Shown here piece after piece: positions 26,036 through 39,200 of a stretch of 64,000 nucleotides of DNA. The position numbers and the translations under genes are program-made. Source of the stretch: Fimbriosthenelais zetlandica (Eukaryota); contig OZ365114.1 in assembly GCA_977030845.1 (NCBI GenBank), positions 27,218,001 through 27,282,000 on the forward strand, given 5' to 3'. Positions within the stretch are counted from its first letter, which is position 1, and each line of letters begins with the position of its first letter. The notes beneath the pieces are model-generated. The model searched no databases, was not told where the DNA came from, and saw only the letters and a list, made by a program, of their open reading frames with translations.

Positions 26036-26470
26036 TTTAGTCAGTTTTTCAGTGCTGCCCTTTGCTTATATACGTGTATCTCATTAATACCCGTTCATGC
26101 TTGGTGAGATACAGGGAGCTGACAGCACTGAGTGTCAGCTCACGTCTGCTGTCAGTGAATGTGTGATGAGAAGCGGCACTCAGCCTCCATAATTAACACA
26201 ATACAAGCTAATTAATCACCTCTCACAATTATACTCACAGGCGGGAAGCAGACGCATGAAACTAAATACAATCACGTCTCCTGTATGGACGAATTATAAA
26301 TACAAGGACAACCCTGTTTACAGCCATGCCTTATAGTGAGTTATAATAATATGCGGCAATTTACCTAAGAGGTTCTACAGGCTTAAAAATATTCAAGGCA
26401 TGTTATCAGCACTTAAAGAATTCATAAATGGAAGAGAGAGAAAGAGAGGGGAGAGAGCGCGTGAGTGAAT

Positions 26471-26625
26471 AGAGAGAGCTAGGGAGAAAGAGAGAGAGCT
26501 AGGGAGAAAGAGTGAGAGCTAGGGAGAAAGAGTGAGAGCTAGGGAGAAAGAGAGTGAGAGCTAGGGAGAAAGAGAGTGAGTGCTAGGGAGAAAGAGAGTG
26601 AGAGCTAGGGAGAAAGAGAGTGAGA
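26471..26625. repeat. 20-22-bp purine-rich minisatellite (gagagctagggagaaaga...), about 7 copies
   Basis: Directly visible tandem units. Confidence 0.95.
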
Positions 26626-27309
26626 GAGGTAAACAGGGCATGCGACCGAATGCTGAACCCAAATGTATAGGGCCTATATGTTTTGCTTTTCCCAGAAGAT
26701 TATATGTTATCAGGTCATTGCTGAAATGCTGCACTCCAAAATGAACAACATGGATTCAAATGATAACAATTTTGTCAAGGTGAACGAAAGTCTACATCGT
26801 CACAATATGAATGAGATAATGTCCATTATTGAAGACTTTATTCAGAGAGAGCCGGGGAGAGGAAGTTAAGTACAATGGTTCTTCATTCCCTTCTATACAC
26901 CTTATCTGTGTCAGGCCGAGTGGGGAATTTGTAAATGAAAGCCGGAGAAAAAGATAATTGGGTTCTAATTGGCGTAAGAATTCTATATTGGATGAGGGTG
27001 GTAGCTTTGGCCTACATGCCACAATGAATCAGTGGCAGAATCAGTCTGAAGGGGTTTTATCATTCAACCTTTAACAAATCGAAATCTTTGAATGGGAACG
27101 GGATTACATTATTTTCTGATTTTTCAATAATTTCAAATATACGTTTCTTATGAATTTGTGGATGAAAGTTGTTATTGCAATGTAATGTTTTGAGTTTGCA
27201 TGGAAACGTAAGGCAAAAAGTACCGATTGGTGACAGCTTCCATGCAGTCAGCTGGGGGACATAGTAATTATATCTTCTGGCCTTCAGCTTTAACACGCTT
27301 GGTTGTAAC

Positions 27310-27780
27310 CAGTGTCAATTCCCAGCTCAGGGCTGGAATTGGAGGTTTTACCAGCTTTACAATACAAAAAAACATCCCCTCCACTCCCGCGATTTAAAAG
27401 TCAAACTCAAGTTATTTTTACCGGGATGTGCTCGGATCAAAACCAAATCCCAGAAGAGCACGCTCCCAAACAGACAAAAAGAAAAAGTAAAGGATAATAG
27501 TAGTTTCCGGATGTGGTTCAACAATAAAGGTTTGAAAGGGATGGAGGATAGAGACGTAATAGATGGATCAAGCAATATCAGGTGTATTATACGATGACTT
27601 TTAAATTACTATTTTCTATAGCAGGGATCACTTTCTGATCCGGTTGGAGTTTCATATTCAACAGTCATAATAAAGGATAATCGAACTAAATGTATAGATT
27701 TAACTATTTCCTATACCCATACTGGTTTGCAGGAAGTACAGATCAGGAAGGGTCAGATACGGTCGCATTGCTTAATTGGG
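27310..27780 (+). mobile_element. Possible decayed REL-type non-LTR retrotransposon C-terminus
   Basis: EVLPALQYKKTSPPLPRFKSQTQVIFTGMCS followed by VIIKDNRTKCIDLTISY...QIRK echoes the zinc-knuckle plus restriction-like endonuclease order of NeSL/Hero-like elements; key residues are lost. Confidence 0.3.
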
Positions 27781-28406
27781 GACCTTGTTCTATTCTTATG
27801 CTGTTCACATTAACTATGAATAACATATAGCAACAAGCTGTCGGTCAAAAATAAGTGAAATTCAGAGAACACCAAGAGAGTATGTCTTGTTAAAGAGGCA
27901 TTAAAGTAGATGGTCATAAAATAACGGGGAAAGGATCATAGCCGTAAGAAGATGGGGAAAGTATAGAGAATGTGCTTGGTTGAAGTCTTCACTTTGGTGT
28001 CTTATCTATGCAGCCTAACCAAGTGAACACATGAGATACTAAGGATCCCATGGGAATTAAACCAAGCCTGACATCTGATCGTTTTCCCAACTGGCTAACT
28101 GAAGCCCGTGATTTTTTCCTGGCTGTCTGGTACTTCCCGAACTCCTATCTTTGCAAAACACCAGCAAAACGAAGATCACTCCACAAAAGCTCCAACTTCT
28201 AGCTCTATCTAAACTCAGCATGTCTCCCGTGAATCAGAATATCAGATTCCCTATATGTGTAAGGGGGTATAGAGAGTGTTGGCAAATCCCTGGCTGCTTT
28301 CTATGTTGTCCTCTCAGACGGGATCCCTGGCGGGAACATTGTCTTAGGTAACTGCATAGAACACTGGGCATGATCCCTTCAGATATGATTCAGTCAATGT
28401 TATACT

Positions 28407-28665
28407 GATTGTATGGTTGTTTAACGTCATTGTCAACAATTTCTACGTTATATCATGAAATTGCCTATTTGTCTATAATGCTCTTTTATACTGCTGCCTA
28501 ACTAACTGAGGTATCATGTCACAGGCATATGACATGATACCTCACCCAGTCACATTATTCGGACACCAGGTCGACCAGCCCGAGTAATGCCATCGTATAT
28601 ATTGTTCAGTGCCAAGCGAGGGAGCCACTAGATTCAATGTTTAAATCTTTGGTTTGACCCGACCA
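28407..28665 (-). mobile_element. SINE family 1 copy 2 (head truncated)
   Basis: Shares tgtatggttgtttaacgtca.tgtcaac, tgaggtatca...atgatacctcac and gtgccaagcgagggagccactag with 11831-12140. Confidence 0.8.
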
Positions 28666-30564
28666 AAATGCGAAGTGGACGTTGTCTCTAACTGTATGAA
28701 ACAAGGCCTCGACTGCCTTGTGTATTGTCCCATTTAGACAAGCTTTTGTTGATTTCTCTTACTGCATGAAACAAGGTCCAAACTCCCTTGTATGTTGTCC
28801 CATTCAATCACTCTATCCATCTACGAGAGAATAAAAAGCCATCGGATCCTGAATCTTTGCTAGTATAATGCTCATGAATGGCAAAGAATTGGAATCCAAT
28901 GTAAGCCTCGAGAGAGGAACAATGATAAAGATCCATTTATATAGGACAATGTTGGCGGACCTCTCTAAGCCCTCTGCTGGCACAATCCACTCTTAAAAGA
29001 GCTATAGATCTGATATTGGAGGGAATACTTTTACCATAGTCTGGAAGCTCTATCGTAATGCCTGGGGAAATGAAGACCTCCTGAGCTCTGATTAAAGGTA
29101 GAACTCAAGGATAAAAACATCATCTCTAATGTTTTTATATAAAAGAGCATTCTCTGAAGTTTTCAATATTTTTTATGAAGGAATGGATGGATGGCGGGGA
29201 GGGGGGAGAGAAGTTATGAACGAATAAATTAGAGAAGACCTACAGGACTTCTCCAAATAATCATCTTTCTTTTGAGGGAATCACAAACTGGAAAATTGCA
29301 GTTGCATTCTTTGTTTTGAAAGAAAATCGATCAGGAGTTGTGAATGATTTAAATTGGCTGGCAGCAGGTCGGTTCTGGCTCTTCTATTCAATTGTCTCAG
29401 CATAAAAGGAAATAAAGCATCTGTTTTCAAGACGTGAATAATAGAGGAGGGTGGGTAATGAGGCCTGTTACCAAGGTAACCAACTATTTATATTCTCTAT
29501 GATTCCTGATTCTTGAAGACTAAGGAGTTATGGCTGAATAGATGAGGCATAAATACCTAATTTTACGAGAGAATTTCAAATGTTATGAGACCGTTGTCGT
29601 GTCTACAATGATGAATATTATGTTGAGAATATTCAGGTCTCTCTTTAGAAGTTCACTTTTTCGCCGGTCTCGACGTTAGAGATAAAATTCCTATCATCAC
29701 AGTTTATGGATGAAGATTAATTATATTCAAACAGGATCAAATTATGAATACATCATCTCAGATAAAATGAAATATCATTCAAGTTTAAATTATAATTTAA
29801 ATGAAGACACATAAACCGTCAAGCTTAACTCGGATAATCAGATAACTATTGTTTGCAAGTGAGTCAGATAGCTTGTACACCATCATAAAGTATCCAAACT
29901 TCGAGAAAATTTATTTCATTACTGACAACTTGATTTTACCTCAAAATAGGCACATAGAAATCTGGCATATAGGTAGGATGGAAAATACCAGGAACATGAT
30001 TCTTTTTGACTGAACATGAAGATCAGAAAAAATCAACTTCATGGAGGTGTGTAGAAGGCATGGGCCATGATTTGCACCATTTCCTACATGTGGTAGGTGC
30101 TAATTTACAACACCAGACCACATGGCTCCCCACACACTCTTACACCAAGAGGCTCTTACACCATTTTACGTATAATCCGAGTGAAAATAGTCATCAAATG
30201 CACTGACTGTTATACAAATCAAATATCTTCATCAACAGATGTGCTTCAGGGAAATTCCAGCAAAATTAAAACCCGATCATGAACTAAAAGCATGAAAATA
30301 ACGCCATTAACTTGCTCTCTTGTGATGATAAACAGCTGGGGCAATTAAACACAAAAAGATACTTCCAAGAAGTAAGAACTATGGCAAACTTTGGCATTCC
30401 ACTGTGGGTACTAAACCAAAAGGAAGAGATGTTAACATAAGGAAGAGGGATTTATGTGTTAGGTGAACTTAATGATGATATAGAGCAGACTGCTGTATGT
30501 TGGTCAACAAAGCTGTGTATCAAACCATCACCTTATCTCTATCACTCATCGTCTCTAACGCTAA

Positions 30565-30776
30565 AACCGGGACTCCACTGCTGCGATTTTGCCTGCGACA
30601 CTCCTGCGACAAAGGTGATGCTTGTGTTGGATTGAAAAATGTACCAGTGGAGGACGACCTTAAGGTCTTAGACACTTCATCCACAATTTGTAAATTTTAT
30701 TGCGACACAAGCATCACCTTTGACGGCTTTGTCGCAGCAGTGTCGCAAGCAAAATCGCAACAGTGGAGTCCCGACT
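30565..30776. mobile_element. PIF/Harbinger-type MITE, family B copy 1 (long TIRs)
   Basis: About 50-bp near-perfect TIRs (gggactccactgctgcgattttgcctgcgacac / gtgtcgcaagcaaaatcgcaacagtggagtccc) with TAA on both flanks. Confidence 0.85.
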
Positions 30777-31286
30777 TAAGCCTCCTTCACCATCTCTATG
30801 CAACTTTATCACCTAGTATTGAAGCCAATTTTCAATTTCAAATTAATAACTCAAAGTCATATTCAAATCCATTAAAGTCATCTATATACTAGCTCCGTTT
30901 TGCACAAGCTGGAATTTCTGTCATTTTTCAACTCGCAAAAAATTATTTACATGACAAGTCGTAGATCTCATTTCTTAAGATCCAAGACCAAATTCCTCCC
31001 GCGTTCGCTAAACATTCAAAGCGTTATATACGCCACCTTCAATGTATGGTGTTTACATACATGTTGATTATCAACCTATTCACTTCCTCCATGAAAAAAC
31101 TACCATGAACAAAAAGATTTTGGACAATATGCTAGATCAGCTAATTTTCTATCAGAAATGCACTGAGAGTTCCTGAAAGTTCCCGACCTCTGAGAGTTTA
31201 CTACTCCAGCATTCATTCTTAAGGTACTCGCACACTAATCCGATTTTCTATCCGGCTCTATCCGATAGCGGCCCGATACTATATTT

Positions 31287-31358
31287 CTGGAGCCTGTTTC
31301 AAAAGACATGTTATCAATGCTAAGTTTATGGCTTGTATTCGTTTGAAACAGGCCCCTG
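31287..31358. mobile_element. Mini-MITE family C (72 bp)
   Basis: TIRs ctggagcctgtttcaaa / tttgaaacaggcccctg; same core as 19198-19270. Confidence 0.72.
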
Positions 31359-33329
31359 TTCACACCAAATGTTTGTAATGGTAACAGTTCCTTAATTACA
31401 CCTAGGTAAGGGCAACCACTGACACAATTCCAATCATTGGATATCATTAGAAATGGGGAATCGGATGGCACAGGATTGCAAAATCGGATGAGTGTTTGGG
31501 CACCTTCAGGGGAACAGTGAAAGATATGGGAAAGTTTGTACTGAAGAAAGAAAGGGAGATAAGAAAGGGACATAAAGGAATCGGAGAGCTCGGGAAAACA
31601 TTGAAATTATAGAGGAAAATATGGGAAGTGAAACATGTGTCACCTTCCCAAAGCATCAAGGTAAATAAATGATTGAGTGTGAATCAAAGTTTGATAGAAG
31701 TAGCAGAGTTTCTGGTCAGAGATAGTAACGCCTCTAGTGAGCTAGAGCAGCATGTGCTACACACCTGCCCTCTACACTGAAAACAGGCGCCATTACCATC
31801 TTCCTTTTCCCCATGTTTACACAGAAATCTAAAAAAAAATATTTAAGAATATGTGGTGAATAAAGAGGTTCTTAGCATAGTTCAATATAATAGTAGCCCA
31901 GATGGTATTCTTCACGTTGAATCCCCTTTCCATAATAAATGAAAAGTGGAGGAAGACATGGCAAAAGTTATTCTCTTTTTCTCATAACCCAACCCAGCCA
32001 TTTAACCTCCACTTGACTTCCAATCATTATTTATGGAAGTGAAGACAGGAAGTACAATCTTGGGTGCATCATATCCCCTTATAGCACCAGGCCAGGCCAG
32101 GAGCCAAGGCTAAGGCCCTGCAAGTCATGGCAGATTGCCTTATATGGCCCAGACTCCCACTTTGGCACCCTGATTGGACAGAGGCACCTATATGTGGGCG
32201 TCTGGGCTCTATTTCTATTTCTCTTTGTTTTCATGGGGTAATATCTGAGGCTGACAAAGAATGACATTGGGCCAACAGATTTGAAAGGCTGTCTATAGAT
32301 TTAAGATTGAGAACGAGAGATTTAAGGTTGGATGCATTTCATCCAAATTCAGATACAGCAGGGTTTGGAAAACCTTTATCAGTGTTGGGGTCACACTCAG
32401 TTTAAAATGCAATTGAGTGTGAAACGAAAGATTCCCGACGAAAAGTATTCACGTCAAACTTTACACTGTGAAATCTGATGGATCAGCATGTAAACATAAC
32501 AATACTGCCAAGTCTCGCCGAGTCTCGCCAGATCTCGGTACAGACGTGAGTACGTGAACTCACGTCAGGTGCACCTGACTCTAGCAAACCTCAAACTTCT
32601 GAGATTTGGTGGAAAAAGCGAAATGTCATTCTCCCATTTTGAGCAAAGGCCAGTTGAAATGTTAGATATATTCTGAAAGTTAACTCTTTGATCAGTTATT
32701 TGAACTAATCCAATTAATCTGAATGAATTTGGCCTCGCAAGAGTAGAAATTAAGATATCGCAGTGCCAGGGCTCTTGGAATCGGTAGAAAAAATTACTAT
32801 CTTGCATAATTATATGACCTAGCCATTTGAAAAATCAGGATGTCAGAGAGTCATACATAATATAATCGATGTGGCTCTACCACCTCGAATTTTCCTTCTC
32901 ATATAGATGACACCACCCTTCATTCCCATCCCTTCAATGTCTACTGCGCCTGTCCTCTTCTATCTTTGATCACAGACTATGTAGGCCTACAGTAATGAAG
33001 ATTAATGCTTCCATTAAGATGGACAAAAACCCACCTGAGGCAGGATCAAATCTTAAAAAAAAAACCTCTCTACCCTACTCACTCACCTGAGGGCTGTCTT
33101 TCTTTGATTCCAACAAAAACTCTACTCTACAACTAGAAGAGATACTTTCTTAACCCTCAAAAACCCTTATCTAAGATTATCTGAGACGTGGCAAGTCTTA
33201 TTGGGGTTTTGCTTATTGGGTTTTTTGTCGGTGATAACTTGATGTTCATATTAGAAAGAGCTATCCTCCAGAGAGAAAAAGGTTGTATGGTAAAATAATA
33301 CTGTTCTCTTTTTTATTTTCGCTCAACAG

Positions 33330-33469
33330 ATCACTGATGGCGACAGTGCTGCTCCCTAGTGTCGGTGTGAGGAACTCAAACTGCCTGACCTAGATGAGCA
33401 TGAGCAGCTCGGTATTATGACACTAGGTTCCGCCACCAACATGGCAGTGCTCTGGGAGGAATGGGCGGG
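33330..33469 (+). ncRNA. Candidate exon of an antisense (plus-strand) spliced transcript
   Basis: Acceptor ttctcttttttattttcgctcaacag and donor GGG|GTAAGT. All three frames contain stops, but there is an ATG in strong Kozak context (GCCACCAACATGG) at 33441. Confidence 0.3.
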
Positions 33470-33627
33470 GTAAGTCGCACTTTGAAATTAATCACCTAGT
33501 GTAATATGCTAGTGTTATAACTACTCACAAAAATAAGATTGGTAGGTACCACCCTCTTGAAGGGGAAAATATAATATGCTTTAGATAATTTATAGAATGC
33601 ATACAAGTATAATAAATCAATGCTTAC

Positions 33628-33721
33628 CTAGCTTTCCACTTGGTGACCACACATCCACATGGTTATTGTGAACGTTGACATGGTTAAAAGTCAGATATAC
33701 ACAGAAGAAAAGAAAACCAAT
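33628..33721 (-). CDS. Candidate downstream aquaporin exon (94 nt) containing a stop: ...SGR|DWFSFLLCISDF*
   Basis: Very strong acceptor gttttgtttatttttttattttcatcgttttcag and donor TAG|GTAAGC. The phase matches the 41453 donor; TAA is at 33684-33686. No homology evidence. Confidence 0.35.
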
Positions 33722-34472
33722 CTGAAAACGATGAAAATAAAAAAATAAACAAAACTTTCATTAAATTGGAAATCAGGCATGAAATGAAGAAAAGACTTGA
33801 AATTAATTCTTGTGGGCATGATGCCCCCTGGCCTGAAGCTGTTTTTTTGAAAGAGAGAGAAATTATTAAAAAAATAATTATTGCCAATATTATGTCATGA
33901 AGAGCATGTTTGCCAAAGCTTCAAAATGACCTAATTAATTTAATTCGGATCAATTACACTGTGTGGAATTTCACTGACGTCTTTTACGTCACATCAAGTG
34001 CGATATCCCTTTGAATTTTATCTAGAACCCATCAGTTAAATAAAATTGAAATATTGAAGTTAAGTTCGAACCCAGCAGATAATTATGGAGTCTTAAGACA
34101 CTCATAAAATAAAAGCATCATCACCTTTTCTCTTTTAAAGTGCTCATTCTTTCGCTTCTAAACTACGTGCCTTTTCTGAAAAGAAATGGAGCAAAAATAA
34201 TAATGATGTTCTGTCCCAGTTTTGGGTATGAGAGCAGTGGGCCTATACTTGGCCCCAATCTATCGACATATTTCACCTTCTGCAGCTATGGAGGGTAGAG
34301 GAGAAGGGATCAAAGGAACCCTTACACTGGAAGGCATGAAAACAAAGACAAACCAAACACCCTCTGGCGGATTTGAAGCGAACTGGAGGCGCCCATCCAT
34401 TTAGGCAGTTGATGGGAGTGATTTTGTTCCTTGCTTTTAGATCTCATGCCCTCTTAAACATTTCATCTTCAG

Positions 34473-34579
34473 GACATAATAGAGGAACAGACGAGAATGG
34501 AACGAAATGGGACAGTGGGTGGGAAAATCTCTGGTGGCTTGAGAACGAACTGGTCTCTTCGAGAAATAACATAATGAAG
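34473..34579 (+). ncRNA. Second candidate antisense exon
   Basis: Acceptor ctcttaaacatttcatcttcag and donor AAG|GTAAGT; 107 nt; one open frame (HNRGTDENGTKWDSGWENLWWLENELVSSRNNIMK). Confidence 0.3.
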
Positions 34580-35704
34580 GTAAGTAAACAAACACAGACT
34601 TTCAATATTAGATGAGTTCTATATTGAATATCAGAAGTTGTGAAAATATACATAATATTGCTCCCTATGTATAGATGTGTAAAAGTGAAGAAAACACAGA
34701 AAATCTTTTATTCACGTGTAGAAATATGACCAGTCGAACCAGATGTTGTTATACAAAAATTCAACATGAGTGCATCTACGATTTACAGCATCACTGGACA
34801 GAGTGCAAAAATCACCATAATGTCTATGATGCCAAGAAGCTTTGAATATTTAATCATTTATATTATATATAAATATGTAGTATTTCCCTTATATAATTGC
34901 TCAAGGTGCTCCCAGGCCACTGGGAAACTGATTGAAGTATTCAGTTAATGGTACCTACAACTGACTAGAGCTATTTTAAGCCTACATTTATTTATCACTT
35001 TTTACAGTGGTGGTATAACTCGGACTGCCAAAATGACTAGAAGACTATAGGGTCTCCACTTGGTTGTAAGAGATGAGACAACAGTTATTGTTGCTTGCAA
35101 TAATTCATTGCTAACCAGTACTAGATGTTTTTGATCTCTGCTACTTGCTCAAGCGACACAATATATGGTCAGGCAGTAACAGCATCACCTAAACAGGGAG
35201 TTCCTGCAGATTTACATGGGACCCAAAGTTGCAAATGCCCTTGCAAATCTATAAGCAATCCTTGCAATAATTCTTAAGTGTGTGACTTGGTTTACAGATC
35301 TACTGCAACCTAATGGAGAACCCAACAATCAAGAGATTCCCTTCATTCCATGAAAAGCGTGATGTCCAGCGCATCATAGCACTGATAATTATATCTTTTT
35401 GTCACTAAATAAATGGAAAATAACCTCTCAACAAAGCTGCATATCCTCTGAAAACTGTTGTAAGATCATGATAGGTCTGACTTGAATCAGATAGGGAAAG
35501 TTATTCATCATGATTGTACATAATCATGGACTGCACGGTACACAACTTTATCAAGTTCACAAGTGCAGAATCCTCGGGCATTATGGTAACTTCTATGCAC
35601 ACTTATCCACAACGAAGACCGCACATAAACACCACAACCTAAAAGGCTTAATACTCAAATAAATTAACTTTCAATCATTATACAGCGTTTCTATACTATT
35701 GCTG

Positions 35705-35900
35705 TCGCAGCTTTGATCCATGCTTTTAATCCATCCTGACTTTCATCCATATACACATCGATAATCCAGTGCCCAGATCCCCTCTTGGTATTCAACAGTT
35801 AAATGCAGTCTCCAGGTAGAAGCGACTCTACCAAAGATATACTGTCTTCTCGGACCATGAAAAATACATCTTTGTATGACGGCTAGCCACAACCTACAGA
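35705..35900 (+). mobile_element. Possible ancient L2 RT-thumb remnant
   Basis: ALIHAFNPS*L resembles the L2 LIHAFISSRLDY motif; heavily decayed. Confidence 0.3.
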
Positions 35901-38900
35901 ATACTGAAGAGGTCCTCGGTGAAATAAATCCCCATAGAAATGTAGTGTAAGAAGATAATATGATGTGTGGAGGAGGAATTATGGCCTTAAATCCATAATA
36001 AAAACACCTCGTGTCCTATAAATTCCTTGTCTCGGAAAAGCTATAATCTCCAGGGAAAACTGCCTTGTGATACCAAATAAAATCCCACTGAATGAAAAAG
36101 CCTGAAAGTAAACTTATATTAGACAAAGACAGTTAATATGTTCTCTCATTCAATAATAAATTTTAAATTCTATCCCCGGTGCAGCGACTGTGTGCAGTTC
36201 TGTGATGTATATTGTGGAGCGTGAATCTAGCTATATTAAGTTAGAATAAATGTGTATGGTAGCGTCCTATAAGGACAGGGAGATCAAGCATTTACTTTGT
36301 ACAATTATCCTATCGTTTGTTCACATGAACGGAAACGCGACCAAGTCGCTTGCATGCTCTATGTTGGCGATTCGTGAATTTCCATAATGGTCTCTAGCGT
36401 ATTGTCATGTGACATCATGCATGCTGGTTCAGTTTCTATGACAACAGTAGCGTTTCCGTTGGCGTTTTGTCAGAATTTGGTCCGTGTGTATCCATAGTTA
36501 TCCGTTGGGTCCTGATCTCGTTCGGTCTCGTTCATCTCGTATTCGTGACGAGAGTTGCGAAGAGCTGCTGCATAGTCATAGGCTGTGTTCTCGTGGGCAC
36601 AGCTCCGACGCTCTAACGTCGACCTGTGAATACTCCCACTACTAAAACCGTAGTTCCTATCGCTGTGTCTGCTTTCTGGAAAATAAAAAAAAAGCTCAAA
36701 ATGAACCCCAAGCTGGCTTGGAGATAAACAGAAGGAGAAACAAGATGGCAGCTTTTATCAAACAGAAGCACACAAGAAATTGTCCAGCCACTTAAAGTCT
36801 TTAGAGAGATTAGAAAATGTGGCCCGAGGCTCGAGGGGAGGGAGAGGGAAGGGAATTTGGGAGGGGAAGGAGGTCTGAGGAGAGGGATGAAGATGGTTGA
36901 AATGTTCTCCCATCTTCAAAAGGGAAGGATTTCTGTTGAAGATTTGGACAAAGTGGTCTGCAAGACTTTACAATTACAAGATTCTTGTACACAAATCGAA
37001 AATCCAGCAGTGGTATTCCTGTACATGATTGTTGCATGCACAAGAGCACCATTACTGCGAATAATCCAGAAAAAACTCCGCTGATGGGGAAACAAAGAAG
37101 TTGGTGTTTTTCTTTGATGTGTCTCCACTAAAGGAGATAACCAGATGGTATTACTGCAGGCCCAGTCTTACTCTGGACTATATAGGTTTGTGTCACACTA
37201 CAAGCACATTAATGTTCTTATATACAGTGCTTCCTTCACCCTCAACCATCTGTCAACTGAGATATCTTTTTATACTTCAGACTGAGACAAGTTGAAGTGT
37301 ACCAAATAAGGATCATCTTTGGTTCATTAACACTTATTTAATGTCGACCTTTTGAGAAATAGAAAGTATAATTGTGGAGCTCGTTATTAGGGTTATCTCA
37401 AAGCGTACTATGTTTCTGGCCTGGGTTTGGGCAATATTGGCGACTTTTTCAGATCATTGCCTAACAAAAAATGAATATATTAGGCAGCAAACAATGGACA
37501 AAGGGTGACTGCCTGAGGTCTTGACTGCCTGCATGGGAAGCAGTCCAACTTGACCCTTTAATTATTGTAAATCTGTTCTTGTCATATTGGGGAACCACTC
37601 TCAACAACAGCTGCAGATATTAGAGCTCTAAAGGGCGAAATATTGAAGGGATATCTGCAGGAACTTAAGAAAAGTAGGTCACAAGTTAGAATCTGTGACT
37701 TTTCCTTGAGCCACAAAAAGTAGTTCCATGATTAATAAGTACGCCGTTGCCAGGTTACTGCCACGTCCATTTTCTGAATCACCTGACCTCTCAAGGTCAC
37801 ACAGAAGTTCACTGAAGGGGCTCAATATTTACACTTCCGGTTTAATTCAATTATGACTCTCGTGTGCTAGCCTTTAATGTGCCTGGCCCGTGCATTCAGC
37901 TGCCATTATGGCAAGAGCTATTGTCCATTTCAGGCCATGGAAATGTAGAGTGCCTTGAATAGAATAGCACTTTGGATGCTGGGAGGGGCGTCCTCAACAC
38001 CCCCTGATTAGAGGCAAGTATAGGCAAGATCTCTCCCAGCTTTCCAATCGCAGGGCATCTCCTCATTGTGCAGGCTGGCCGCGTGAGGGCGCTCCATTCT
38101 AAGTGGCCGCGGTAAAACGATGGAACAGAACCAAGATTGCATGTGGAGATGGGCTGATTCACCTTGCCAAAAAGGCCATAAATTGTACACCGATGAATGA
38201 CTTTCGCAAGGGTTACAACGAGTTTAATAAAAGCGTATAATTGAATGGGCCTATAAATTATATAAGACTGGAAGCATGGACACAGACCAATATCCATTAT
38301 CACTATGGGGAGGATGGGAGAGGCTGGGATGGGGTGGACGATGTTTGACAAGGAGGAATGCAGGACTAGAAGTAGATTAGTCACATAAAGCAGATCAGAA
38401 AGACATTGTAACCCATAACGTACAAAGTACAATAGTCAAATCTAATAGAACTATCTGCATTTAATAGAAATTATCCAGAAGGAATATATATTTAATAAAT
38501 TTCAGATGAGATAGCCTTGGACACTAATAATACTTACAATGTTCTATGACGGTCATTGAACTTCTTGTTTCTTGAAAAAATCCACTTTAATCAGCCTATA
38601 ATTCGTACTTTCTTTCCTGTACTTATTAAACTATGAAAGAAAACTTAGCCTAAAGAAATTCGCTATTACGCAATATAAAGAAGGTTTATACTTGGCAGAA
38701 CTATATAGGCGGTGTATACAATATTTCATGTATGCTTAATCTGTGTATGATATTCATGGAATAAGTCGGCTTATAAATCCCCTAATATAACCCCATATAA
38801 CAAGCTTCCTACGCTTCTCCTTATATCCCCTTTTATCGCCCAGGATTTCTATGCTGTGTGATGCATAGAGGAGTGAATGCAAACAACGTTCAGCCGGAAG

Positions 38901-39104
38901 CTGTTTTGGTGCTATATGGTGTATTTATAAGTTAGCATACTAAATTCCTCTGTTTTTATTTTAAGGATGTACAATTTACCTGGATATATTTATCTTTACC
39001 TGCATAATTATGTTATTTCATCAGTCAATTATTTAACAAGGCTGATGATGTGGCCCATCAAACACTTCCAGAATAACTTTATAGTCTTATGAATATATAG
39101 TTTA

Positions 39105-39200
39105 ATGGAGGAGATGAATTATTTACTAATGAGCAAAATCATGTTGATAGGAGATTTTAACCTAGATGAACATAGTAGGCCTAAACGTAAGGACATAGGT
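39105..39200 (+). mobile_element. LINE APE-endonuclease remnant
   Basis: IMLIGDFNLD (39138-39167) matches the GDFN motif of LINE apurinic-type endonucleases. Confidence 0.5.

Noticed and set aside
33087-33132. Minus-strand exon ending CAG|GTGAGT (…FLLESKKDSPQ)
   Set aside because: Good donor but ambiguous acceptors; the stronger acceptors are out of phase with the aquaporin.
37896-38432. Longest ORF in the track (178 aa, minus)
   Set aside because: No domain resemblance and no convincing splice boundaries.
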